DNA from: Podarcis cretensis
Taxonomy: Eukaryota
Direction of reading: 5' to 3'
Length of the DNA: 64,000 nt
Assembly (NCBI GenBank): GCA_951804945.1
Contig: OX638157.1
Location: 17,546,001-17,610,000 of the forward strand
Shown: piece by piece, positions 14,184-27,320 of the stretch
Layout of the letters: every line of letters starts with the position of its first letter
Numbering within the stretch: the stretch's first letter is position 1
The notes under the pieces: generated by a model
What the model saw: the letters and a program-made list of their open reading frames with translations, nothing else
The model's database searches: none
Told to the model about the DNA's origin: nothing
Program-made: the position numbers and the translations under genes

Positions 14184-16538
14184 TAGAAAAGCTCTGCTGG
14201 GTGGCACAATGCAGATGCAATGGAGACAGTAAAGCAGGTCTTCTTTGTCACCCACCTTCACTGTCAGGCTTGATAATGAGCAGTGTCCAATCACATTCAT
14301 CTGGATTCTTCCTCCACTTGCCTTCAAGCTGTCTCCCAGCTTGTTTCATTGCTCTAAGCTCTGGTGTATGCTGAGGAAGGAAGCAGGCTCCTTGGAGTGG
14401 GAGGCCAGTCATGCTCCAGGCCATTCACATGTTCCACAAATTCACCAGGGCTTTGATATGAGCACCAGTTATATCAACCCAGAAAGCACTACAGAGCCTA
14501 TTGGGAGCCAACTGGATCCACCATCCTCTGAGGCCAAGGGCAGGTCATCCTCAGAGGTTCTTTGCCTCTGCATAGGGGTAAAGGTGCTGAAAGCCCTATT
14601 GTCCTCCATTGTCTGATTTAGCCTCATGATCCCAGAGTGGGCAGGTACTGCCTGATAACTAGTTTGCTCCCTTCATTTCCTGATTGTTGGGGTTAATTGA
14701 AGGTAATGTATTTTTCACATCCAAGTTATAATCACAAAATGAAAGCTACAATCCTAAATATGTTTCTTTTAGAGTTATTTCAGCGAAAACCCATAGCACT
14801 TCCTCCAGAGAAAACATGTTTAGGAGGGTTGTGTTAATGTGAAATATACTCTTATTTATTTTTGGTATGAAGCTTGTCCCCCCTCCCCTTGCCACTTTCC
14901 TCTTCTATTCTTTCCCCTGCATTTCAATAATATTTTCACACAACTTTCTTATTTATCTTTCCTAATAAGGAACTAATGCATTATATAAAGTCGTCACATT
15001 GTTTCTCTATATCTTACATTAGCTTACATTATCACAGTCCATTTCTTATCTGGCGCTGCCATTTGTTTGGCCTCTAGACACCAAGTTATATTGACTCTGA
15101 ACAAATATGGAAAAATTACAGGCACAAGTCAGCTCCGTAAACAACCATTGTAATTTAACTGCAAAATTGAGCACAACCTTGTACTTAAAAGCACCAGGCT
15201 CCTTTCCTCCCCCTCCACCCGCCCCAGTTTTCGTAATAACACTATTTAAGATTGTCTGTCAGATCTCATTAACATCACTGGAATATTATTCTGTACAGAT
15301 GAGAAATGGACAGTGGGAAGAAAGTGATAAATTCATACATTCCAGTTAAGCAGAGGACTGCTTATTCTTTTTTCTTTGCCCCCACCCCCAGATAAGTTAT
15401 AACAATTGTATCAATAACTGGGAAGCCGTCAAGCTTCATGCTACATAATCAAGTTGTTTTGATGCAAGTAAGAGCGCTGCTTTTTTGGATGTTCAGTTGT
15501 TACCAACTCAGAGAGCGTTTCGGCATAGAGATCGACAGGGTGGTATGTGCACACACAACGAAAGCCAAAAGCATCTTTTTAAAAAAATGAAATAAAATAA
15601 CATCCGTAACAGCAAAGGCAATTAGAATTTGGATGGGTTTTATATTTATAATAAAATCAGAAATACTGGAAGATGGCAGTTGAGAACTTTTGTGGGAATG
15701 TTATAAACTAATTGTGGACATTAATACAAACCCACAGTCCTTTACTGTGCCTGGTTTACGGTCTACGTGTCGGCAGTGGGCGTCAGTTATTTCCCCCCGA
15801 AGAAATGCTCATGGGAACAATGCAACAAATGCAGCTGATTACAGAAATTGCTGTCCAAAGCAAACAATGCACTAAACAAATAAAAAAGGCACATGAGCTT
15901 TGTTTGTAGCACCATTCCCAAGGGCTTTCTGTCCAAGGAATGGACTCTTGGAGCTGAGAGCAGCAGCAAGTATCTGTGGGTAGAGCATTTAAAATAAAAG
16001 TATCCTTGGCTATCTCATATCAAGGTTAAGACTGCTCACCCCCCAAATGCAAAAATAAAATAAAATATCTGTCCCCAAAGACTGGGGCTGGATCTGCACT
16101 CACTTTTTAAACGTTATTAGAACAATATTAGAAACATTATTCTAAAATGTCAAGAGGGGAATAGTCCCATTTGGTTTCTCTTTCGCTATATCACTTTCTT
16201 GTTATATCCAAATGCAGTCTTCCTAAGACATCCGTTGCACAGTGATAGCGTTCATGTCAACAGTGCTTTGCACTTCCACACAACTAATTGAGTTTGCTTA
16301 TTGAGCATATAAGTGGAATGTTTATCTGCTTTGGTGAGGGTAAAGGAGCATTGTAAAATTTGATAGTACAAATACTTTTGATGAATGGATAAATTAATGA
16401 TAGAAAATTAAATATAAAAACAAAATCAAGTAATCCTTCTTAGTACCCTGCTGCTGTTTGTCATAGTGAAATTTTCATTAACATTGAAAATCATGCAACA
16501 GTAGCTATGTGTTTTTCTGCTTAAACTTCAACCCTTTT

Positions 16539-17053
16539 TATAAGCCGAATACCAGGCAACGGAAAAAAGAAAGGCAAAGTGTAGTGGTTAGCAAAAAAAA
16601 TCTGTATATATTACTGTAGTGATGTTGAAACCTGTAATGGTTGTGAGGGGGTTACTTGTGCGTAAATTGCCTTCATATTAGTTAGATTGATCGCTCAATC
16701 ATGTTTAAGGTTAGAGCTCATCCTCCGTGACCTGTTAGTCACTTGCAGAATCCGCCAGTGGGCGTTTCTTGAATCTCTTCCAGCATAAAAGCTGTTTGAC
16801 CCCAAGTCTCCTCCTATGTTCCCTGCGCGGAACGCGTCTGCGCAAGTAAGGGGAAGGCAGGGGCGTGCCAGCGCTCTCTCCGCTAGTTTCGGTTGAAGGG
16901 TCTTGGAGCCCTGACACCAATTCCTCCATCTCCCTCTCCTCTCTATTGGTGTCACGCTGAATTCCTTCCCCCTTGCTGGATCCCTCTCCGGCATCGCTCT
17001 GGAGCCCTGCCTCCGCCTCTCGCTCTGCTCGCTCTCATGTCAGTTCCCTGACA
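16539..17053 (-). mobile_element. Probable solo LTR (Gypsy-like)
   Basis: CpG-rich island in an AT-rich background. Minus strand starts TGTCAGGGAACTG. The other end is uncertain and no TSD was found. Confidence 0.45.
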
Positions 17054-17974
17054 AAACCCTTATTTGCTTTCTCTGGAATACAAATTTACCCAGTTTATGA
17101 TGCTCACTATGATGAATCACTATCGTCTACAATTTTTTTCTAGAGCTTAGAATGAAAACCGGGAATCTACAAGTGAGCAGGGAATGACATTTGAATTAAG
17201 TCTATTTTCAGTCCAAGTCCTAAACACCAATTGTTGCTTGCAAAGAACACAGCATCTTTCCTTGCTCAAGGCTGGAAGGTGTTACTGCACTGGCACCAAA
17301 GGGACTGAGCACATGCACCATTGTGGATCTTTGCTTCACTCTGCTTGTACTAAAATTGGTGCTCAGAACTTGAACAAAACATAAAAGAGATTTTCAGTCA
17401 ATTTAGTATATATTTAGTATCGTGGGGGGGGGGGGAGCTCTTCTTTAAAAATACTAATAACTGGTGAAACATTTCTGAATTGAGACCAGATGAAGTTTTC
17501 TGGGCACATATAATAATTTGTAGTTGAAGGGTGTTTTGATTTGATATAGACCCACAGGTTTGGGAGAAATAAGAACATTACTAAAACTCAATTTACAATG
17601 ATTAAAAATGGTGTGGGTGTGTGCAGCAGATTTGAACAAATGCCATATCCTGACCCAAAGCGGGGTGTTTAGAGAGATGATAAGTACTCTGAGGTATCCC
17701 AAACCAAAACAGTATGTTTGTGATGTCCTGATGATTTGGATGTTTTTTAAAACAAAACAAAACAAAACAAAAACTGCAGACAAGTGCCTTCTAAGGGGGG
17801 GGGGGGACAACAACCTTATCATATAAGTAAAATACCAAGGTCGGGTGAAGGTTGGGAGGTTGTGGAGTGGAGGGAAACACTCTGTTGTGACTGATAGGTC
17901 AAGTTTGTAATCCGAGAGATTGGTTTACCCAGACTATGCAGTCCCAATGCTTTGGAGGAGGGATATTTCAATTA

Positions 17975-18232
17975 CAGTAGTACCTCGGGTTAAGAACTTA
18001 ATTCGTTCTGGAGGTCAGTTCTTAACCTGAAACTGTTCTTAACCTGAAGCACCACTTTATCTAATGGGGCCTCCCACTGCTGCCGCGCTGCCTCTGTGCG
18101 ATTTCTGTTCTCATCCTGAAGCAAAGTTCTTAACCCGAGGTACTATTTCTGGGTTAGCGGAGTCTGTAACCTGAAGCGTCTGTAACCTGAAGCGTCTGTA
18201 ATCTGAAGCATCTGTAACCTGAGGTACCACTG
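17975..18232. mobile_element. Tc1/mariner (Tigger-like) MITE
   Basis: TIRs CAGT(A/G)GTACCTC(G/A)GGTTA, TA TSD on both sides, internal 15-bp tandem ctgtaacctgaagcgt. A second copy lies at 33369. Confidence 0.9.
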
Positions 18233-18649
18233 TATTTAGCCTTGCTCTCCTGTGTTTCTTGTCCTTTTAGAATAATAGGATTGCAGAGTCAGAAGGGTCC
18301 CCAGAGGTCCTCAAGACCAACTCCCTGCAGGAAGCAGCTGGACCGAGAGAAGGTTCCAGGGCACTACAGCACTAGCGGCATTAGCATCATGCAGCTGCAC
18401 AGACAGCCCCAGTCTCTCTTGGTGAGGGAAGGGACAAAGAGGTCAGCCAGGAAGAGTAAAGGGCAGATGTGGCAGAGTGAAAGCAAGAGGTTCCCCTCTC
18501 ACTCTCAACCTTCTCCCTCTCCCCGAGCAGGAGCTGCTTTTAAGTAGGTGACTTTGGGGAGGGGAAAGCAGAAGTCCACAGGATAGAAGTCTTTTCTACG
18601 CCAGCCTTTTCCTCAAATTGAAACACTTTGTTCTGTGCTCAGTACCACC

Positions 18650-18777
18650 CATGAGTACAGCCAAGGGGAGGGGGGGCAGGGGGGCAGCTGCCCCCCCTAG
18701 ATCAAGTAACACAATAGAAATACTTAACTGATAAATCACGTCGGATCTGCTCCCCCTAAATCCTGGCTACACCCATG
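18650..18777. mobile_element. 128-bp hAT-type MITE
   Basis: Imperfect TIRs CATGAGTACAGCCAAG / CCTGGCTACACCCATG. 8-bp TSD GTACCACC / GTACCACG. Confidence 0.75.
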
Positions 18778-20339
18778 GTACCACGTAATGCCACTGAATT
18801 GGTGCTTATGAACAAAACCACTGGAAGGAAAGATAAAAAGCTTTTCCCCTCACCCCTGAAACATCAACTTTCCAAGTGCTTAGCACGAGAATCCCTGGAC
18901 TAACTTTTCTGAAATCTGTCAGGTTTCTTTTCTAGGGGCACTAATAGAGGCACATTGGTATTGCTTTTGTGAGTACTACCCACTCTGTTTTATCTCCTGC
19001 AAGATGTTTTATAGAACTATGGAAATGCATAAGGAACATTATTAACGTTTTCAGAAGTAACATTTGTTTCATTCCTAGAATAAAAGGTGATGACAGTAGA
19101 CTGCTTTTTAATTTCTAACATACCAGGTTTGTGTGGGCTGGTTTCTAGTTACTCATTAATGAGGCAAAAGCAAGCTGAATATGCAAGTGTATTTTAAAAA
19201 TATTACTCCACAAGACCCAGGCTGAACCCTACCACCGAAGGCAAGTATCCAAGATAATGAGCTGTGACTCCAATTAAGCCTTGAAAGTGGTTCTCTCTAA
19301 AACTACACTTTGGAGTGTCTGTAGTTTTTACTTTCAACATCCAAATATTTAAGTGAAGATAATGGAGCAATTTTTAGGAAATATATCCAATAGTTGGATG
19401 ATAAATTGAAAATAGTGTCAAGTTAAATTAATTTCCCATTGTGCCATGTTAACTTTAAAAGACACTATTATTTCATTCTAGTTTACATTGTAAACTATTT
19501 TTAAAAATGCAAATACATGGAGAAATTATAGTAAAGACTCTATTAAGATATAATTTTAGAATAATTTCCTCACTAGCTCATTGTCTTATCTGCATTAGTG
19601 CTCATTATTTGGTTTCATGTTGGCTAATTATAATATTTCCGTCCCTTAAGACCCATTAAATGCATTCTTGTAGTCTCTCTGCATCTCACATATACAAATG
19701 CATCCCCCAATCACTTGAATAAGTTTAATTTATACTAAACAAATCCCATGGCTGTGAACCAAATTAAATTTTTCTCATCCAAATTACAGCAAAAAAGACA
19801 ATTGATCTATGAGATCTTGTCCCAAGTTCTTGTCGTGGTTGATGCAAATATACCATAGCAACCAATTTAAGACAAGTTGCCATATGCCTGTTGCCCTGAC
19901 AGATCTTCTAATATACTTTTTCATTTTCTTCAGTTCTATAAAATTTATCCTGACAATCACAAAGGTGGTGGTGCTAGAGGAAAGAAGGGTCAGTGAACAT
20001 TTCAGTGTTCCAGTTGTAGAGTTTAATACAAATCTAAAACACCGCTTAACATATTAAGATGTGGATGCTAAGCAGCATCACATTAACGCAAGCTGTAGAG
20101 GAGTATGGCCCACACCTTGCCTGCAGCAGTCTATGGGCAAGCCTATAGTATAAAATTATTTCTGGGCTACACATGCAACAGAATAAGGAGGATTCTGCTG
20201 CTTCAGACTAAAGGGAAATATAACTTTATGAATGCTTAGAAACACACGGATACAAGCAGACCCAAAACTTCTGCAAATAAACATCTAGTGCTTCAGGAAT
20301 GACAGTTTTGGCTAGTCCACTCCCTGCTAGTTTTCTTCT

Positions 20340-20480
20340 CACAGGGATAATTTTATCAGACAGTTTTAAATGTCTGATGTTTTGTTACACTTTTTATATT
20401 CTGTTGGAAGCTCCTCAGCCAGTCAGATGGGCGGGATATAAGAAACAAACAAATAAACAGACAAACAAACAAACAAAATG
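20340..20480 (+). mobile_element. L2 3' tail with (AAAC)n
   Basis: ttggaagctcctcagccagtcagatgggcgggatataa is the forward form of the L2 tail family. Confidence 0.55.
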
Positions 20481-20608
20481 ATGATGGTGATGATTAATAT
20501 GGCAGAACCTGGGGAAAATGTGATGCCTACCTGAAGTCTGATGTGGTTAATTCAGTCATCTAATCCCTACTTAAACCCCTTCCCACATTCTTTCAGGCCT
20601 ACACTCTT

Positions 20609-20682
20609 AGAATTATAGAATCATAGAATTGTAGAGCTGGAAGGGTCCCTGAAGGCCATCTAGTCCAACCCCCTGCAATGCC
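20609..20682 (-). mobile_element. CR1 3' end remnant
   Basis: agaatcatagaattgtagagctggaaggg...ctagtccaaccccctgcaa is the reverse CR1 3' UTR with (ATTCTATG)-type octamers. A similar remnant lies at 18269-18330. Confidence 0.75.
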
Positions 20683-21648
20683 TGCGTCTCCAACACCACT
20701 ATGCAATCTGCTCCGGGTTCAGAAGACTCAGAAGTCAAAACCATTCAAGGCCATTGCTTGTGTATATGTGCATATGCACTGTGCAACACACTACAGTGTG
20801 ACAATCCAAGCACATACCTGGAATTTGACTTGTGGCACACCTGCCTGAAAGGTTGGCCACTCCATTTAATGCTTTGTCACACTGCATAACCAAATTCAGT
20901 AAATCCCCCTGCCCCCCGCTGGGAAGCTAGGATAGTGACTCTGTCTCAGCCTGCCAGCCACTTCTGCCCCCTTACAAGTGCTTAAAACATCCAGTTGAAG
21001 TAGACATACATGAACTCTTCTGCATGCAGCACTGGCAGGAAGCAGTACCTACATAAATCGTCCCGCTTGTAACATCAATAAAAATGGTTACTCCTGGGTT
21101 TGGAGCATTGTTGGAATGGTGGAAGTGAAGGAACTATGATTGTTACTCCTTCAGGCCTTCAGTGTTTGTGAAAAGGAGAAGAAACATATATTTTGAAGTC
21201 TTGCATCAGCCTCTGTTGCTGGTTGGTTGTGAAATGTTGCTGCACCCCTTGTATAATCAGTAGCTAGAACACTAACTTTAGTTACATTAAATATGGTAAA
21301 GTTTTGCATCCTTTTAGATGAGTTCAATCCAGCAATCAACTTTATCTGGATTGATGAGACTACATGAATATTGTGTTTAGCAATACTTTCTTTTACAGCA
21401 GTTTTGACAGTCTGCCACGCCAAGCTTTTTCTAGTGTGATTTTAAAGTTGGCATTTGTTTATACACTGTATAAAAATGACATTGTTTTATTACCCTTTCC
21501 TTTATAAATTTTATGTGACTTGCCAGTGACTTTTCCAGATGGGCTGAGAGCATAGCTGACGTAAAATGACTGAGAACGTTTGTTAGACAGATGGAAGGTG
21601 CCAGATCCTTGCAGATCCCAACTTGGTGCTCAACAGGAGAGCTGATTC

Positions 21649-22790
21649 TTGTGAGTCGAGGCCCCATTTCCCACGTGTGATGAAATAAGACACATGGACA
21701 CATATATTTTAGGTTAATGGGCTAAAAAAGGCCACAACTTTATTGGTTACAGAATGTGAGAGGTATTGGCTTAGGCACTGGATCTGAACAGACTGTACTT
21801 GACTCCTGCCTTCTCTGCAGGGAGCCACACGAGGGTTAACAACCTGTAGGGGGAGCTTGTTGATGCGAATCAACTGAAAGCTTTCCCCTAGAGTCACCAG
21901 GGGTCATGACATGGCCCTAGCCACCACCTGGGCATTGGATAGGGACCATGACTGCTGGATTCCTTTAACAGAATACCCTTCAAGGGGAGGGGTAGGTGAT
22001 GGCCACAACCTCCCCTCCAACACACAATGCCAATTCCAATGCCTAACCGCCACCCGAGCCAAAAGGCTTGCCGCCAAATACCCTCACAGCTGCAACCAAC
22101 TCCTAATGCCCTTGACAACCACACATCATTTCCACGATCGGAAAGATGAACGCCATCGTTGTGAAAAAGAGTGACATTGCTGAACTTGATGTCAGTGTGT
22201 TCAATCACTTGGCCATCCATTGTGCCTACTTTACAGGCCACCATGCGATTCAAGAGTTTCCTGGATTTGTCAATGGCAACTGGGCAACGACTGCCACGCC
22301 AAACACGCCTCTTCAGAAGGGAGGACCATATCAAAGTCATATTGGGGTATATTGCTGCCAGTTCATCGAGGTCCTGTTGAATATAAAATAACTATTGAAC
22401 TATAAGAATAACTATATAGAATAACTATATAGAATAACTATTGAATATGGTTATTCAATAGTTATTTTATATTCTATATAAAGGTCCTATTGAATATAAA
22501 ATAACAAGTTCAAGCTCTTCCTGAAGACCAAATCATTCTCTCCCAGCTAAAAGATCAAGGCGTTGGGAGGACCGGACAATGCTGCTTTCGCTTTCACTAA
22601 CGGTAACAACTCTTCCCAGTGCATACCGCGTCTTGCAATCCAGGAAACTTGAACACTTGCTGGCAATCCAAAACTGATGCCCAAACCACAGTCCCTGGCA
22701 TGCACCCGACCCGATAGAACCCAGAAGCTGTATAGCTGCTATTACCTGTGGTGCCAAAAGGCCTTTCCATGAGCAACCTAATGGTTTTTG
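21649..22790 (-). mobile_element. Ngaro/DIRS-like retroelement 3' part with decayed SGNH hydrolase ORF
   Basis: Minus strand reads SVQVSWIARRGMHWEELLPLV..GPPNALIF*LGEND and LIWSSLLKR..HTDIKFSNVTLFHNDGVHLSDRGNDVWL (SGNH blocks III and V, DxxH). It is followed by a repeat with AATAAAGTTGTGGCC. The terminus is shared with 48066. Confidence 0.7.
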
Positions 22791-23250
22791 CAAATTGCTT
22801 CTGATTTAATCATGTCTTTGATTTTAAGTCTGTTTTTTAATACCACTTCTTGCGAGGTTTTAAAAAACTATTTCTTTCCAAAGATTTCCTACAACAGAAT
22901 CATTACAAAAAAAAAAAAAAAAAAAGAGTGAGCAGCAGTTCATTAATTGCAAGGGGTAGAAAAGTTAAGAAAGGCCCCAGTAGATTAAGGTAATAAAATT
23001 ACTGTAAATGAGTTGATTTTTCTCCCAGTTCAGTAAATCTGACTCTCTTCCATTGATAGCTAGTTCACACAGAAATATTGGGTTTCCTGCCTGTATGTGG
23101 AAAACAAGCTCGGGGTACTGAGCATCTTTAGATCATCTGTAAATAGGTCATGTGTGTGAACTTTAATTATATGGAAAGATTTATTAAGAACATAAGCACA
23201 CAAACATACATGGGAATTGCATGTACAACCTGCATTGAGCAAATGATTTA

Positions 23251-23419
23251 CCGTATTTTTCGCTCTATAACACGCACCCGACCATAACACGCACGTAGTT
23301 TTTAGAGGAGGAAAATCCGTAGGCATGCCACCCGTAGGCATTCCCTCCATAACACGCACAGACATTTCCCCTTACTTTCTAGGAGGAAAAAAGTGAGTGT
23401 TATGGTGCAAAAAATACGG
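23251..23419. mobile_element. Tc1/pogo (Tc2-like) MITE
   Basis: 23-bp TIRs CCGTATTTTT(C/T)GC(T/A)C(T/C)ATAACAC, TA TSD on both sides, internal ataacacgcac repeats. Confidence 0.9.
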
Positions 23420-24475
23420 TAGTTTCTATTGGTACTTTTTCAGACACAGTTCTTTTTAAATGGCTTATATGTGTGCAGCAGTTTTGCCCAACACAAGGAA
23501 GACAAATGACAGAGGCAGAAAAGGCAACAAATGAGGACACAAGGGTTGCACTCCAGATTGTTAAATCAATAACAATATGGCCATTGCTTTCAAACCTGTT
23601 TAGCTGATGGTCACGTCTGTTACCTAATGGGGTCAGGTATCTAATGGAGCAAAAGGAAACACTTACCCTTTTTCTTTATTTGGCTTTTATCTGCTTCTTG
23701 CTTTATGAGCCTTTAAAAGTCACAGGTCCCTACTTATTTACCTTTATGACTGCCATTCTTAGGTTCCTATCCTTTAAATGGCTGCTTTACCTTGAATAGT
23801 TGTATGGCAGTCCAAAGTGGACTTGTACATGGATAGCCAATAAGAGACTCCAGGAGGACAGATTTTCCCAAGCCTATTGGCCTGAGGTTGATCCAGGTTC
23901 CTCGCTACAGCATCATTTGCCATCATCGTCAGCACCTTGTAGGAAATACCTCACCATCCTCTCCAAGGCTCCAGGAATTGTCAGAAAGGGGTGCTTGCAA
24001 AGTCAAAAGTAGGAACAGAATACAGTCACACTGCTTCTTACCTTGCAAGCCTGGCTGCAATGCCTCAGTTTCATTGCAGAAGGTTCTGGAAGTGACCACC
24101 TATTTTCAACCTGCAGTCTAAGAGGGATCATGTGATTCTTCTAGACCCTGCCACCTTTCCTTGAACGGGATTGTACTCCATCACATGGTGGTTCTTCTGA
24201 CTTCCTTTGTTTGTGCTGTTCCCCACAAAAGGAAGGGTGCTTGCTAAATAAGAGGATGCCATGGGGACTTCATGCAGATTCCACCAGCCAAGTTTAGAAT
24301 TCCTCCAGAGCCCACAAATTCAGGTTGGGATTTAGTATGAAGAAATAGTTTGTTGCATAAAAAATTAGTGTGCTATTATTATGGACATTGTACATCAGAA
24401 ACAGGTTGCGTGGCTTCTTTTGTATTAAGAAAGGACCGGGCTGCTGGTAGTAACAGTTAATTAAATTATTGGCCA

Positions 24476-24476
<1 letters not shown>

Positions 24477-24519
<43 letters not shown>

Positions 24520-24600
24520 TTATTATTTATACCCTGCCCATCTGGCTGAGTTTCCCCAGCCACTCTGCGGGGCTTCCAATTGAGTGTTAAAAACATTAAA
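24477..24600 (-). mobile_element. Short L2 3' tail with (AAT)n microsatellite
   Basis: (AAT)~13 followed by cccatctggctgagtttccccagccactctg. Confidence 0.8.
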
Positions 24601-25194
24601 GCAGTCCAGTTTTTCAACATATCAATAAATAAAATATGAGCTTTTTGATATGCAGTCTTTAAAAATAATATGCAATCTCGTAAGGAAACATAGGAAGTCA
24701 AACAAGTACTGAACATACTCTGGGGAGAGAATGGGTTGTTTTTATGTAGAAAGGAATTCAGATTTTTGCAGTTTACTCTACCGTGTATGAATCCCCCCCC
24801 CCCCCCGAAATATTAGCATAGCTCTCATATAGGATGAGAAAGTGTTCACAAAATGTAGTAGAAGCTAGTTTGTTAAGAAGCTTAAGGCTTTCTGCACAGC
24901 TAGTAAATCATTATTGTACACTAATTGTATAGGTCTGTATGCCCCATAAAACCATTTCCCTTCTTTGGGAGAAAAGTTATGCCCATTATTCGAGTACCAC
25001 CATGCATAAGGAATTGAGATGGTGTTAGTGGCAATTACTCTGTGAAGAGCTTAATTATCCCTAAACCCACATTGTGCAGTTTGGCCGATTGCAAATTTTA
25101 ACTGCCGTCAGTAAGAGTGGGAAATCTGTAACATTAACAAAAATAAGTGTTGCTCTTTGCTCCAAAGAAGTCCAGCTGAATGTTAAAAATCTAA

Positions 25195-25280
25195 CAATAC
25201 TTGCCACTAGTTTTCCTGGGGCAAATAATAAACTAACCAACCTGTCATTCCCCAGATCCCCTCCGGATTCCTTTTTAAAA
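25195..25280 (-). mobile_element. CR1 RT relic
   Basis: IFKKESGGDLGNDRLVSLLFAPGKLVASIV resembles CR1 IFKKGSRGDPGNYRPVSLTSVPGKLVESII. Confidence 0.7.
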
Positions 25281-25289
25281 ATGTCTGCA

Positions 25290-25410
25290 AGTGTGGCTGG
25301 TAGAGACCCCTGCCTGAAAACCTGGAGAGCTGTTGCCAGAAAGTTTAGACAAAACTGAGCTAGATGGATCAATGGTCAAGTTTATTATAAGGCACCTTCC
25401 TGTATTCCCT
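25290..25410 (+). mobile_element. Squam3-like SINE 3' half
   Basis: cctgcctgaaaacctggagagctgttgccag..actgagctagatggatcaatggtc..ataaggcaccttcctgtattcc is homologous to 55915-56222. Confidence 0.65.
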
Positions 25411-26585
25411 GAAGTGGAAGTGAAGAGGAAGAATATTCTTGCATGTGCAGGCAAACTTGGAAAGTTGTGGTATTCTGTAAATCTAACCAACATGGATTAC
25501 CCATATAATCCTTTGGTTCCAGTGTATAGAACATAACATAACTGCCCAGCTTGTGACTACCAGCAGTGGTGGAACTTGGGGTGTCAAATTTCAGCAGCAG
25601 CCTGTGTGACACTAAAATTCAGCACCCCCGCCTCTTGCCTTCCATTCTGCATCATAGTTGCAGCATCCCTGAGGCTCCGTGCCCAGTGCAACCAAACCAA
25701 TTGTGTTCCCCTAAATTTGTCTCTGCCACCAAGCCCAAACACAGCTAGTGAGCCGTGGCAAACAATGGAGTCTACATACACCCTGTTTTTGCAGCCTGTT
25801 TTGGAACTTCTCAAGAACAGAGCTGGCTTGTGTTTTGTGTTCACCATTGTGAAGGTTTGTCAGTACGGTATGATACACCTTTGGTACAGACCATCTGTAC
25901 AGCTCCGTAAATATGTGCATATGCCTAAAAATCGAGAATAATACCCTTACCTTGCCCCCTTAAAAAGGATAGAGTTACACCACCAATTGCTTGTCATCTA
26001 AGGAAAATGTATTGGCTTGCCAGTTACCATTGATTCTTTTCTCTCTCTCTTTTTTTGTGAATCATCATGGTGCTTATGGAGAGTAGTGATGTGAGAAATG
26101 TCAAGGCACCAATCACTTGGTCTTGCTGAAAGGTTTTGCTCACAGTGGGAAATCATTTTCCTCTGTAAAGCATTTTTTATTGCCTAGCCCTGTGCTGCTG
26201 TCAGCATGCCGGCTGCTGGATCTCCAGGTTTAAGGCTGATTTTGAGTTGCCTCTTGCTTTCAAACTGGAAGCTTAATTTCAGCTTGCCTACATTATCCTG
26301 TAAAAATCATCGCCTTAACATAATTTTAAAGGCAGACACAATGGTTCTTTAACACTGCTCTAATGCATGAGTTGTACTTTGGAAGCAAGACACTGGTACA
26401 TTTAGACATGGACATTCTTGCATTGGTTTTCCTGGTCATATTGCTAGTGCTTCTGTCCCAATTTCTAACATTTCTTGTTGCATTATTAAACTCTGACTTT
26501 TTGATAAATACACTGCCATGTCACACTAAATTTCATTCATACCAGTCGGTGTAACACAACAGCAAACAACATTAGACCTCTTGCC

Positions 26586-26827
26586 ACAACCTAGCAGTTT
26601 GAAAGCACATCAAAGTGCAAGTAGATAAATAGGTACCGCTCCAGCGGGAAGGTAAACAGCATTTCCGTGCACTGCTCTGGTTCTCCAGAAGTGGCTTAGT
26701 CATGCTGGCCACATGACTTGGAAGCTGTATGCCAGTTCCCTCAGCCAATAAAGCAAGATGAGCGCCGCAACCCCAGGGTCGGTCATGACTGGACCTAATG
26801 GTCAGGGGTCCCCTTTACCCTTTTACC
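26586..26827 (+). mobile_element. Sauria SINE, 5' truncated
   Basis: Core aacctagcagtttgaaagcac..gtgcaagtagataaataggtacc and (ACCTTT)-type tail. Confidence 0.9.
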
Positions 26828-27320
26828 TATGATTCTGTTGCCCCATGATTCATCCATGAAAACAGTGGGGGAGGGGACTGTATGCCGGAATACTGCCCCA
26901 TAGTGTGACCCAGGAAAATTGTGGGGAAATTACAGTGCAAAACTCCTGCGATTTTCCAGTTTAACGGGATTGCAAACAGGGTTTTTTTTTCCCTGTAAGC
27001 AATTAACATTGAAAAATCCTTGCTAAACCTCTTCAAGATTCTGCTAGATTTCCAGAAGTGGCTTTTACAATATGTGAAAGATCACATAAAAGTTATCAAG
27101 ATGGGAATTGTGAAACTAGAATAAAGTGCTGTCTGAAGGCAGCCCAGGTAATTCTGAGCTCTGAAATTCAAGGTGAAATTCTTAAGAGGATATTTTTGGA
27201 AGCAGGCTAGCAATCGCTCATTGGCAACCCATCCATCAGGATGTACAGGAGGAGCAGAAATATTTTCCTCCATTCTTCCTCTTCAACCAATCTGGCTCTT
27301 GGGGAAAAGGTTCTTTAAAC

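Noticed and set aside
14262-14657. Old solo LTR (TGTCAGG...CCTGATA)
   Set aside because: The termini are suggestive, but there is no TSD or promoter/poly(A) order to support it.
18165-18225. CRISPR-like short repeats
   Set aside because: Contiguous 15-bp tandem units without spacers, inside a mariner MITE in eukaryotic DNA.
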